Source of the DNA: Trypanosoma brucei
Lineage: Eukaryota
Direction of reading: 5' to 3'
Assembly: GCA_000002445.1 (NCBI GenBank)
Contig: CM000207.1
Location: forward strand, 2,080,001-2,144,000
Length of the DNA stretch: 64,000 nucleotides
In this document: in pieces, positions 10,687-20,262 of the stretch
How positions within the stretch are numbered: the stretch's first letter is position 1
Layout of the letters: every line of letters starts with the position of its first letter
Notes under the pieces: generated by a model
What the model saw: the letters and a program-made list of their open reading frames with translations, nothing else
Database searches by the model: none
What the model was told of the DNA's origin: nothing
Translations under genes and position numbers: made by a program

Positions 10687-11240
10687 AAAAGACAACAGCT
10701 GGGGGACGGGGAAGAAAAGAAAAAAAAATCACCAAACGTCATGCCAAAAGGGGCTGCAAGAAAACACGCACACGCAGACACGAAAAGGAAAGGGAAGAAA
10801 AAGAAAAAGAAAAAGAAGAGGTGTAAAAGCGGGAATGTACTCCATCTATTTGACTACAAGACGTATTATATGTGTAAACATATAAACATGCGATTTGTGT
10901 TTGTGACATTTTTTTTTTTCCTGTACGCGCGTATATCATATGAAGCGAGTGGGTGAAGAACAAAAAAAAAAGAATATTCGAGAAGGAAGCACCATAACAA
11001 TAGTAATAATAATATAATGCGAAAACAACACACCAACGGAAACAACATCAATACCGGAGCCTCCACTTATGTACATTCATACATGTACTTTTTGGGGGGG
11101 TTATCTGAACTTCCCAACGCGCTACAGTACAATTAAAAAACAAAAAGAAAAGGGAGTGAGGAAAAGAAGAAGAAGAGGAAAAAAAAGAGAGGATTGTGTA
11201 CAAATGAGCATCTCCATAGGAGTTGGCGCAAGCACTAATG

Positions 11241-13112
11241 CTACTTCTCAGTCAAATGTTTGATCCGATGCCTGTTCATCTGACCCTCCACATCTAGTGC
11301 AGTTACAGAATAACCCTGTGCCTGTGCCCAGCTATGCAATATCTGCTCAATCTGAGATAACATTCTTTTTGACACCGCAGCATCCGAAATTGTGACGAGG
11401 CAGTCATCCCCATTATACATGAAAGTAACGCATTTAACGAGGGTGCCAAATTTGTCACGAAGGGAATCTGTATGAAAGCCACGGTTATCACTTCTGTGAA
11501 GTAAATAAGCTGCTGCCGAGCGTGGTTGGACAAGACAGTCTTCATTGTCATCCAAAAAGTGCACACTAAATATGCAACCATGAACTGGAGTGATGCCGCA
11601 CAGGCGGCGGTAATCTGCATTCACCTGCGCAAGCTCTTGCTGCGCGAAAGCAAAGAGACTGCCTGTCATAAAGGCATCCCAGGCTGCATCATGCTCTTTC
11701 GGTCCACCATCTGTAGAAAAATTATTCGCCGCATCATGATAAATATCTACCGTCTTGTTTTGCTCGCTAAGGATGAGATATGTCTTCATTAGAGGTCCAG
11801 TGAGTCCGATAATGCTTTGCAAAGAAGGTGCACATGTTAACGTCCGAGTATCGTAGAACACTGGGAACACTTCGCGCACAAGTCGCTTAAACTCCACGAT
11901 GTTCTGCGGAGGTTCTTTGTGCATCAAACAGCAAAGGAACGCCAAATCCGATAAACCATTGTGAATGACGAGAGGTTTGCGCCTCTGCCGAGTGGCCGTT
12001 ACGAGAGCGGAGAGCAAACGTGTGCCGAAGTACCGCGGGTTCCGAAAGATGGTTTCATGAGTCGTAGCCTCCGGTGGTAACTTCTTCATGATTCGCTTCG
12101 AGACCCGCAATCCCAAATCCCGCATCAACGCATTAAATTTAGATAGGTGGGATTGGCTGAGGTGAGGTAAGCACACTTCCAAGCTTTCGTGTAGTTCACC
12201 GTTGCGAGCAAAATTCTCAATTTCGTTAAACTCACCGAGCAAGTGATCCCGTATGTCACAATCCGTAACCCCCTGCATCCACTGCCTCAGAGCAACCAAC
12301 TTCGCATCCATCTCCTTTTTTGGATCCGATAGCTCAGCTGCAATGCGATCAGCCCTTCGCGCCCTCGCGTATGGTTCGAATGGAACGACGGACAACCCCT
12401 CGGAGATCCACATGTTTAAATCCATATTATTGCTCCGCAGGAACTCCATCGTTTTCGTCGACAGTACCAACTCGGGATCTTGATCATCCAACCAAGCAGC
12501 GGGAAGCAAGTAAAAGGAGTAGCTGCGTGCCCATAACTGACGCCTGGGGGAGGTCAGTCGTTTTTCCCAGCGAGTAGCAAGATCAATCGCCTTATCCACT
12601 TCATCAAGCGCATCGTATGCACTCAACTCATCGTATATGGTGCCTGCGCTGGTTTGCGAGCACCTCTGCCTGATTTTCTTTCGCAAATCCTCCATTTTGG
12701 AAACATCCTTAGGATCCACCCGCCCCTTGTTTGCCATAGATTGCAAAACCTCAACCAACCCTTGGACATCACTGTCCTGCGGACGGAAGGACTGCAATTC
12801 CTTCAACATCGTTTCCTTGTATGCGCTTGAAGCAGACGGGTCACCGGTGGCACCCCTGGAGTCCCGACCGCTTTGAGGAGACAGGAGTTCAGTACCCCGA
12901 AAAATACTGAAGCCAATCTGAACTACAGAAAAGTGACGAGCGGCCGCTATCTTGTCTTCGAATGCTTCCTCTGGTGGTCGTAGGAAGTTTGTTGTGGCTC
13001 TCCGATCAATGCCCGTGAACTCCATGTCAACGGCAATGTATGAGGCACCCTGAAGAGCAGCCACAAATTCGGGGTAAACTTCTTCAAAATTGTTCCGTGT
13101 AATGAGCTTCAT
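11241..13112 (-). CDS. PARN: Poly(A)-specific ribonuclease, PARN family (CAF1/DEDD nuclease domain)
   Basis: 623 aa. N-terminus MKLITRNNFEEVYPEFVAALQGASYIAVDMEFTGI parallels human PARN [34 protein letters not shown] (DEDD motif I). Later HNGLSDLAFL and DAAWDAFMTG resemble the PARN exonuclease motifs. Confidence 0.8.
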   Translation of the reverse strand: MKLITRNNFEEVYPEFVAALQGASYIAVDMEFTGIDRRATTNFLRPPEEAFEDKIAAARHFSVVQIGFSIFRGTELLSPQSGRDSRGATGDPSASSAYKETMLKELQSFRPQDSDVQGLVEVLQSMANKGRVDPKDVSKMEDLRKKIRQRCSQTSAGTIYDELSAYDALDEVDKAIDLATRWEKRLTSPRRQLWARSYSFYLLPAAWLDDQDPELVLSTKTMEFLRSNNMDLNMWISEGLSVVPFEPYARARRADRIAAELSDPKKEMDAKLVALRQWMQGVTDCDIRDHLLGEFNEIENFARNGELHESLEVCLPHLSQSHLSKFNALMRDLGLRVSKRIMKKLPPEATTHETIFRNPRYFGTRLLSALVTATRQRRKPLVIHNGLSDLAFLCCLMHKEPPQNIVEFKRLVREVFPVFYDTRTLTCAPSLQSIIGLTGPLMKTYLILSEQNKTVDIYHDAANNFSTDGGPKEHDAAWDAFMTGSLFAFAQQELAQVNADYRRLCGITPVHGCIFSVHFLDDNEDCLVQPRSAAAYLLHRSDNRGFHTDSLRDKFGTLVKCVTFMYNGDDCLVTISDAAVSKRMLSQIEQILHSWAQAQGYSVTALDVEGQMNRHRIKHLTEK

Positions 13113-14419
13113 ATTTGCGTTTTCTTTTGGATATTCCTGCTTCCAACACCTCTTGTCACCTCGTTTCCTTTGTCTTTCTTGAACTCAATCGTCACCTAAT
13201 ACTAAATACTCTAAAAGTAATTTTTTTTTCAAAAAAAAAAAGGGAGGTTGGAAAAGACACCAATACGCACTAGAAAGAACAGTAAATTTGAACTCTTTTT
13301 CCGAAGATGAGGAATTTTTTGACAATAAACGCAAAAGAGTCAGAATATGGCTCAGTTTCTACAACACTACAAAAGCAGCATACCTGCAAAACGACAAGTG
13401 TGCCAGAGGTACAGGTAAAACAAGAGGAAATCATAAATTCGTCATTGCCTCACATAATGGTGCGACAAATCACTCGCATTGTGTACCTTACAAATTTTAA
13501 ATACATTATGTGTTGCACATGTGCTCCGGGCGTGAGACGGACAGACAGACATCTGCATAACGTTATACTGTGATTTTAAAATTAAAAAAAAAAGTGGGCA
13601 CAACAAACTTTGAATCACCGATGTGAGAAAGCGGATTGCGGGTGATAGGATGCAGAAAGAACCTCAAAATCCTTCGCATCGCAACAGCGCCAACGCTAAC
13701 TTTCCCATCCTTTGAAATCTTAACATTGCTACTACTATGTTCACTCCAGTGCCGCTGGTCTAATTAACGACTCCTGTGTATAGCTAATTCATTAAAACCG
13801 TTAAAGCGTGGTCCAAGGCGACGTTCTGAACCAACAGTTCCAAAAATAAATAAATAAATAAGAGCGGAGAAGACAGCTGAATCGATAAAAGAAAAGGACG
13901 AATCACAGATGCAAATAAAGAAATTTTTAAAAAAGCATGTGTTTCATACGTTTATATTGTGAAATATTTTAGGTGTGCGGGTGAGGAGCAAACCGCTTGA
14001 AAGATAAATACAGGCATAAAAAGTAGCTGATCATATCTTGATAGCACAAATAAACACAGCTCTCCAATCTTCTCTCTGTGATCTTTCCTTTAAATCCACA
14101 CCCCCTCCTTTTCCTCCTAATCATTTTAATATTAAGTCTCCATCGACTCCACTTACCGACGCATTACTCAAACACGTACATCATCGTTTGTTTACCTGCT
14201 CGCCACTTACTTCTCCTCTACCCGCCCACATCAGAGGTTCCATCCTCCTTCATTCGGTGGTAAAACACTGGGCGTGGTGCTCCTTATTGTTTAAACGTTT
14301 ATTTGCCTTAACAATCCGTACACCCCACCACCCATTCATTCCCATTTCATTCTTTCCCTAGTGTCCTGTACCTCTCTTTGCACTTGCTACTTCCATTGTG
14401 CAACATTCCATTCCTTTGT

Positions 14420-17146
14420 TTACTGGATACCATAGACATGATAGAGACGCACACGAAGCTGTTCGCTGTACTGCAACATTTTCTCCTGCCACAAGGAAGG
14501 GTTGTGTGCCTTTGCCGCATTCAATAACTCTAAGATGGATCCCTTCAGCTCCGCACTGGATGATGCCACGGAGATGGCGAGGTCGAAGAAGAGGTGGAGG
14601 AGCCCCACCACAAACGGAACCTTTTGACGCGTTGCGCCGATGAACCCCTTCAAAGCTGCCTCCGTGTGGGGACCATCCTTCACATTACGCATGTACATAC
14701 AGAATCGCTCGGCGAAGAGCTCTAGTGGGCATCCGGAGATTGATTCAACCTCGGGATTTGTGTACAGCATGTATCCAAGGCAGACGCACATATTCTCCAC
14801 CATATTGCGCATATCTGCAGTGAGGGAACGACCACCAAGGATGTGAGCAATTGCTGCAAACAACTGCGGAAGACCATTTGTCACATCCAACATCTGGACA
14901 CCGTTGACATCCATTTGGTTCTCCAACAAGTTACACAGGCACCATGCCACATTGCTCGCTACGCTGCTAGTGTTGTCACTGAAATCTGCGAGATTATCCA
15001 TGGCAGATTTGACGACATCACCTAATCGCTGCTGCACTAGGACGGGAACGTTCTTGGCCACATCACCGAGCAGTGAGAAGCCACTCCGGCGAACCTCAAT
15101 ATCTTCGTCAAGTGTCATTTGTATCACTGTGGAGATCAGTGCTGGGTTGCACTGTTCAACCAGTGGCTCCAGCGTCCCACCCAAGGCATCAAACAACCCG
15201 GAAAGAAGATCGCCCGAGGTCACTAGAAACTCGTACTCCGGTGGGTCTTCGCCTAACTGCTTAGCTTCGGCACGCTTCTGTACGTGGAGCAGTAACATTT
15301 GGTAGGAACGCTCGAAGACCTCCCTCGCCAAGGCAGGTTGAATGGATGGACCTATCGCCCGACACACACCCGACATGCAGCTGAAAAAGGAAAATATAAG
15401 CGGGCTATCGTTGGAAGTCTCACTCCAAATAGCGCCGAGTGGTCCCATAAGTGCCTCCACGGAGTCCGGACTCGATCGTAGTGGTTCCTCTAACACATCG
15501 CACACCGTCTCAAGTGTCTCCAAAAGCAACACACGGTTCTTCAACTGGTAGCCCCGCAGGCACTGGGTAATGCTTCCAACAATCACGGGTACCTCATTGC
15601 TCAGCTGTCCATCATCACAGAGGTTGATGATCTTCTGGAGGGCGGCAGTGGCCGACTCTTGGACAAGTTTGGATGGGCTCTGCATCCTTTGCAATACGCA
15701 CGTCAAGAAATTTTTCAGTATTTCGGCATCAGACACAAAATACTGACCGATCTGCGTCCCAGTCCATAGCGATATGCTTACAACAAGAAAATGGGCGGAT
15801 GGATCTCGAAGAAGTTGAAGCAAGCGATCGCTGATATCCTTGAGGTACGGCGTCATGAAACTGAAGCAGCCGTCCATGATTGCGCCCAGGGCCAAAATGG
15901 CCGCCTCCAACAGCTGCCAAGGTTTGCTGGGTTGCATCATATCGTCTATAGAGGTTAGCACAGTAAAAACGATCCTCTCGCCGTAGTATTCAGCAATAGT
16001 GTCGAGTGTCAGTGCTGAGACACGTCGTAAATTCCACTCTTCCACTTCGTCACCGTCACCGTCACCGCCATCTTCATCTTCATCGGCAGCCGTGTCATTC
16101 ACACGGGCCTGGTAATGTCGCGGTCTGATTTCGTCAATTTTGTCGGGGACATTCCAATCCTCGGCGTTCGCCTGCAGCATACCAATTTCCATTTCAGAGT
16201 ACACCATCGAGTGAATCAACACGGGTATAAGACTGTCAAGCATGGGTTCAATGAGTGTTGCAAAGCGTGGAAAGCACAGACAGCCACGCCAGAACTCCGT
16301 CGCCTCAATACGGATCTCTTCACCGCGCCCCTCAACTGAAGTCATCATCAGAGACATGAGATTCGCTAAGTTGTGGAACAAATGATCCGGAATGGCCTCA
16401 TGGAAGCAAAGCACCAGAACAAGGCACTTGACACATCTCGTCGCCAGCCGATCGGAAGGCGGGTTCTGCAAATTGTGGAGGCAGCTCTCCAATACCGTGA
16501 GGGCATGAGGTTGCAGACTGGCGTACGAGACATTATTGACTTCCATACCGGCCTGTTCCAACAGAATAGCCATTGCCTCCAACGCGCCAAGTTGCACTTC
16601 CTCTCCTTCGCGACCTGGAGCGACTGGTGCCTGGAGAAAAGGTAAAATAGCTTCAACCACAGCTCCTGTCAGCCGCCGCATGTCAAGCAACTGGACGCAG
16701 TCATCAACAATCTGAGAAAGAGCACGCATCGCCCCGTGCAACGCTGAGATATCGCCCCTCCGCGTGGTAATAATTTCGGTAAGCACTTTCACCACAGGAT
16801 CCACAGGCCAGTGTCCATCCCGCACCGCACAACTAATGATGGTGCACGCGACGGAGCGAATACTAAAATCTGCGTCCACCACAGCTTGGGTCATCACAGA
16901 GTTCTGCAGCCCAGGATTCTGAACACAACACGGATGCGAAAGACTGTTCTTAAGCATGAATCCCACGAGTTGTCGCCCACGAACCGGAACGTTTGCATCC
17001 ACCAAAAGCTCAGCGCAGCTTGTAAAGAAGGCATGAGGATTCGCTTTGAGCTCCAGCAACTGCGCCTCACCACGGTGACGCACACCAGGGTCCGGGTCGG
17101 ACGCTGAAGCAAGGGCGATAAGAATAGCCTGTCCCACGCTGCCCAT
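14420..17146 (-). CDS. Transportin / karyopherin beta-2 (importin-beta family, HEAT repeats)
   Basis: Importin N-terminal domain (LKANPHAFFTSCAELLVDANVPVRGRQLVGFMLKNSL). Acidic loop DEDEDGGDGDGDEVEEWNLRRVSALTLD mirrors the transportin-1 H8 loop (DDDD..SDWNLRKCSAAALD). Start placed at internal ATG 17146 (atg ggc agc gtg = MGSVG), immediately downstream of a coding-strand polypyrimidine tract. The ORF-track start at 17305 adds 53 junk-like residues. Confidence 0.75.
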   Translation of the reverse strand: MGSVGQAILIALASASDPDPGVRHRGEAQLLELKANPHAFFTSCAELLVDANVPVRGRQLVGFMLKNSLSHPCCVQNPGLQNSVMTQAVVDADFSIRSVACTIISCAVRDGHWPVDPVVKVLTEIITTRRGDISALHGAMRALSQIVDDCVQLLDMRRLTGAVVEAILPFLQAPVAPGREGEEVQLGALEAMAILLEQAGMEVNNVSYASLQPHALTVLESCLHNLQNPPSDRLATRCVKCLVLVLCFHEAIPDHLFHNLANLMSLMMTSVEGRGEEIRIEATEFWRGCLCFPRFATLIEPMLDSLIPVLIHSMVYSEMEIGMLQANAEDWNVPDKIDEIRPRHYQARVNDTAADEDEDGGDGDGDEVEEWNLRRVSALTLDTIAEYYGERIVFTVLTSIDDMMQPSKPWQLLEAAILALGAIMDGCFSFMTPYLKDISDRLLQLLRDPSAHFLVVSISLWTGTQIGQYFVSDAEILKNFLTCVLQRMQSPSKLVQESATAALQKIINLCDDGQLSNEVPVIVGSITQCLRGYQLKNRVLLLETLETVCDVLEEPLRSSPDSVEALMGPLGAIWSETSNDSPLIFSFFSCMSGVCRAIGPSIQPALAREVFERSYQMLLLHVQKRAEAKQLGEDPPEYEFLVTSGDLLSGLFDALGGTLEPLVEQCNPALISTVIQMTLDEDIEVRRSGFSLLGDVAKNVPVLVQQRLGDVVKSAMDNLADFSDNTSSVASNVAWCLCNLLENQMDVNGVQMLDVTNGLPQLFAAIAHILGGRSLTADMRNMVENMCVCLGYMLYTNPEVESISGCPLELFAERFCMYMRNVKDGPHTEAALKGFIGATRQKVPFVVGLLHLFFDLAISVASSSAELKGSILELLNAAKAHNPSLWQEKMLQYSEQLRVRLYHVYGIQ

Positions 17147-17160
17147 CACTGCAATAGGAT

Positions 17161-17220
17161 AATCACCAAAATAATAATTATTAGAAAGGTGGGAAGTGAA
17201 GAAAGAAGAAAACCCTTGAG
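17161..17220 (-). promoter_or_regulatory. Polypyrimidine tract / likely trans-splice acceptor region upstream of the transportin start
   Basis: Plus strand aatcaccaaaataataattattagaaaggtgggaagtgaagaaagaagaaaaccc is purine-rich, so pyrimidine-rich on the coding strand, and sits directly 5' of ATG 17146. Trans-splicing is assumed from trypanosomatid biology, not observed. Confidence 0.3.
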
Positions 17221-17684
17221 CAACAACAGAGCGTCTCATCGGTAAAGTAGTGGGAGCCAGCGGGAAAAAAAAATGTATGAAATGATAAAATGTCACCCCA
17301 CACAAAGGTAAACAACAGGAAGAAAATAATAATCAGCAGGATAACCGGACGACTACTAACGCGTGGCTTGATTGACGCTTTGAAACTCGTGCGTCGTGCA
17401 TATCGTCTTAACTTGGACGAATGCGGTCACGTTGCTATCCAAATTAATGTGATTAGTGAGGCGTTGTAACCCCACAACAAGTGAGTTGCTCATTTCAATC
17501 TCTTGCACGTTTTCTCAACTTCACGGGTGTGAAACAGCAGCGTATTCGACAAGGACTATGAAAAGGAAGGACGCCAAACAAAAAAAAAAAAACACTGGTA
17601 GAAACTTCGGCAGTTTACTGCACCCAGCGTGGCAATTATCTCCCCTGTCTTGATATTAATCGAAAATTGATTGGGCGTGCCACC

Positions 17685-18110
17685 TTACCACATCGCGTCA
17701 TTTCCCCTAGAATTACCATGGCTATCTTTCACTTCATCCTTCAAATCCCACTCGGGGTCTACACACACTCTGTAAGCCCCGCTCAATTTCCCCTGAAGAA
17801 ATACATTTTTGCATCGTGTCGCAATGGCGAACAAATGCTCGAATCGCACTGCGGCCAGCTGCCGATCCGATTCCGCTGTCAATGGAACGGACATATTCGG
17901 TTGTAGTCCAAGAATCTGCAATGCTTCCGAAGATGTCATAAGGGCTGCACTACCTGTCCCCACCTGAGCGTTCGTAGCTGAATGGCCCTCCTTCTCCTCC
18001 TCCTCGCGCAACCTCTTAGCCTCCTGCTGATGTGCAACAAGGAAGGCCTTAACTATAAGTAAACCAGAGGTGACGATCAACTTCGCAAGTTGAGGAGGAA
18101 TAAAAAACAT
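17685..18110 (-). CDS. PAM16: Pam16/Tim16 (Magmas)-like mitochondrial J-like protein
   Basis: Degenerate J-like domain LMTSSEALQILGLQPNMSVPLTAESDRQLAAVRFEHLFAIATRCKNVFLQGKLSGAYRVCVDPEWDLKDE, colinear with Magmas [55 protein letters not shown]. No HPD tripeptide, as expected for Pam16. Hydrophobic N-terminus. Start placed at internal ATG 18110 (MFFIPPQLAKLIV); the ORF track extends to 18188. Confidence 0.55.
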   Translation of the reverse strand: MFFIPPQLAKLIVTSGLLIVKAFLVAHQQEAKRLREEEEKEGHSATNAQVGTGSAALMTSSEALQILGLQPNMSVPLTAESDRQLAAVRFEHLFAIATRCKNVFLQGKLSGAYRVCVDPEWDLKDEVKDSHGNSRGNDAMW

Positions 18111-18409
18111 CCGACTACAGGCAAGCGGTGCGGGCCGACTCCCAAACTTTACTTCACACATCACACGAGGGGACATGATCCGCCTCATTGTTGCTAAAGA
18201 CAGCTGCGTGATTGTGGGGGTGTGCGTTGAAACATCGAAGGAAGGGGGGATGTGTTAATTGGTTTGTTGGAGAGAAAATGTATGCAGCAAAGCCCTACAA
18301 AAAGCGTTCCTTCAATGATAACACAAGAACGAATGATACAGATTTTTGTGCGGTGAGGGGGTAAAAAAGAAAGGCAGATGGAGCGATAATGAGTACTTGG
18401 TTTCGTCAC

Positions 18410-19564
18410 CTAAAGAATCTCTGACAAAAAACGATTCCTCCGATGCTTCTGCACATTTTTCCATTCCTCAAACTCAGCCTCACTCATCTGTAGTAAAGGG
18501 CCGGTAACAGACTTCTTCATGCGCACCGGATCATAGTTGGGGCTCGAAAGCGAGCGATGCGTCTCCGAGTAAAGCGCACGGACTCGGTTTACGACATCTT
18601 CACTCATTTTGTATACTGATGGAGATGCATGGCACTTCAGCAGAACCACATCCCGCGTTGCTATATAATGGCGCTCAGCCCGAATGAGGCGGTGTGTTAA
18701 GTACCTGTAATGCTCGTGCAGAAGCGGTAACGTTCGCCGCTGCGGCAGTGGCGCCCCCCGAATGAAGCGCAGAAAGCACTCCTCCCAATAGGCGAGTTCG
18801 TCCATTGCGTCAGTTAACTCCCCAGTGGAATCAAATCCCTCACGGGGCCCAAATGTCTTAGCCTCCCACTCACGCAAACCTGCACCCCCCGTAGCCGCTC
18901 GATCTTCTTCAACTTGACGACGAGTCCAAACAGGATTCTCCTGAGTTATGGCCCGCTGAGGCCATGGATCGTCCATTTCTAGCGGAACCAGGCGCCGTAG
19001 GCCAAAGTCGGGAGGGAACGGCACGTATTTGGCTGCGTTTTCCGATTTACTCGGCGGTTTATGCCCGTACTCCTCCTCGTACATGCGCTCCTGCGTGCGT
19101 TTGTACACAAAGTCAGCGGTTGGTTTGTGCCCCATATCCCGCAACCGCAGCGCATCATGCAGGACATCACCCAATATGGTATCAACTGTGCGCTTACGGC
19201 GGTTGCGGCGGCGGTTAAGAGCCGATGCCGTTGGGTCGATATCATCAGGTAGTGCTCCCTTTCCCCCCTCATTCTTCTCAAGCTGCCGTTGTTGGTCCTT
19301 CATCGCATCCCCAACAGCCCTAAAGGGATCTTCGGCTCCTAATGCATCGTCATTGGAGTACCCGGGCTTGTCGCTCTGTGATGCAAGTAGAGCTAACGGG
19401 GTGATATGAATGAAACGTTCAGACGTGAGCTGCGAGCGGCCAAAGTGACACGAGAGGCAACAAGCGGTAGCTAAGCGGCGCATAAATGCCCAACTACTAG
19501 TTAGTTTGTGTTTTTGTACCGCGGGCCGCCTAAACTCTCGCACACAGCCAGCAGTTCCTTCCAC
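18410..19564 (-). CDS. Hypothetical protein (384 aa), possible mitochondrial presequence
   Basis: Long ORF colinear with neighbours. R-rich N-terminal region (MRRLATACCLSCHFGRSQ). Basic RNRRKRT stretch. No recognised domain. Confidence 0.5.
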   Translation of the reverse strand: MEGTAGCVREFRRPAVQKHKLTSSWAFMRRLATACCLSCHFGRSQLTSERFIHITPLALLASQSDKPGYSNDDALGAEDPFRAVGDAMKDQQRQLEKNEGGKGALPDDIDPTASALNRRRNRRKRTVDTILGDVLHDALRLRDMGHKPTADFVYKRTQERMYEEEYGHKPPSKSENAAKYVPFPPDFGLRRLVPLEMDDPWPQRAITQENPVWTRRQVEEDRAATGGAGLREWEAKTFGPREGFDSTGELTDAMDELAYWEECFLRFIRGAPLPQRRTLPLLHEHYRYLTHRLIRAERHYIATRDVVLLKCHASPSVYKMSEDVVNRVRALYSETHRSLSSPNYDPVRMKKSVTGPLLQMSEAEFEEWKNVQKHRRNRFLSEIL

Positions 19565-20262
19565 AGCAAATAATAATATGAAGGGAGAAACGGCTTAGTG
19601 TGGAGACACTACTTCACAGAGAAGAAAGAAAGGGAAATAACAGGAAGGATTCGACGCGACACAACAATATGTAAATAAATTACTTTTTAAAGGAAGGGCG
19701 AGAGCAACTTCCATAGCCGAAAAGGCCCGATAATTTCCTACCCCCTTGTATCTTTCCATTTTTTTTTCCTTTTTTACTTACAAACCACCAGAAAAAGTGA
19801 AAATAAGTTCCTCTGTATCTACTGTTCATTCTTGTCGACATGAAGGGGTACAAAAGCATTCAACCAACCTAAAATCTGTCTAGACAAGTTTAAAAAGCAA
19901 ATGATATCAAACAGTCATGTTAAAACAATGAAAAGGAACAAGCGTTTCAACGCGTGAACTCCCCTCAGCCTTCAATTAGAGAAAAGAGCTTTTAAAAAAA
20001 ATAACGGAACAACTTTTAAACGACTGCTTTGAAAATATATATAATAATGCAGCAAAAAAATAAAAATAAAGAACGAACACCAAACCATAAATGTATGTAT
20101 ACGCGTACGCACGCCACAAGAAAACAAAATAAATAGTTACGTATATACATACGTGTGTCTGTGTGTGATGTAATAATTACACCTTACTTTCTGTTGAAAA
20201 GGATATGTTGCTATCATTACCGCTCCTGCAGCCGTGCAGAACCGATTCATGCATACGCCCTC

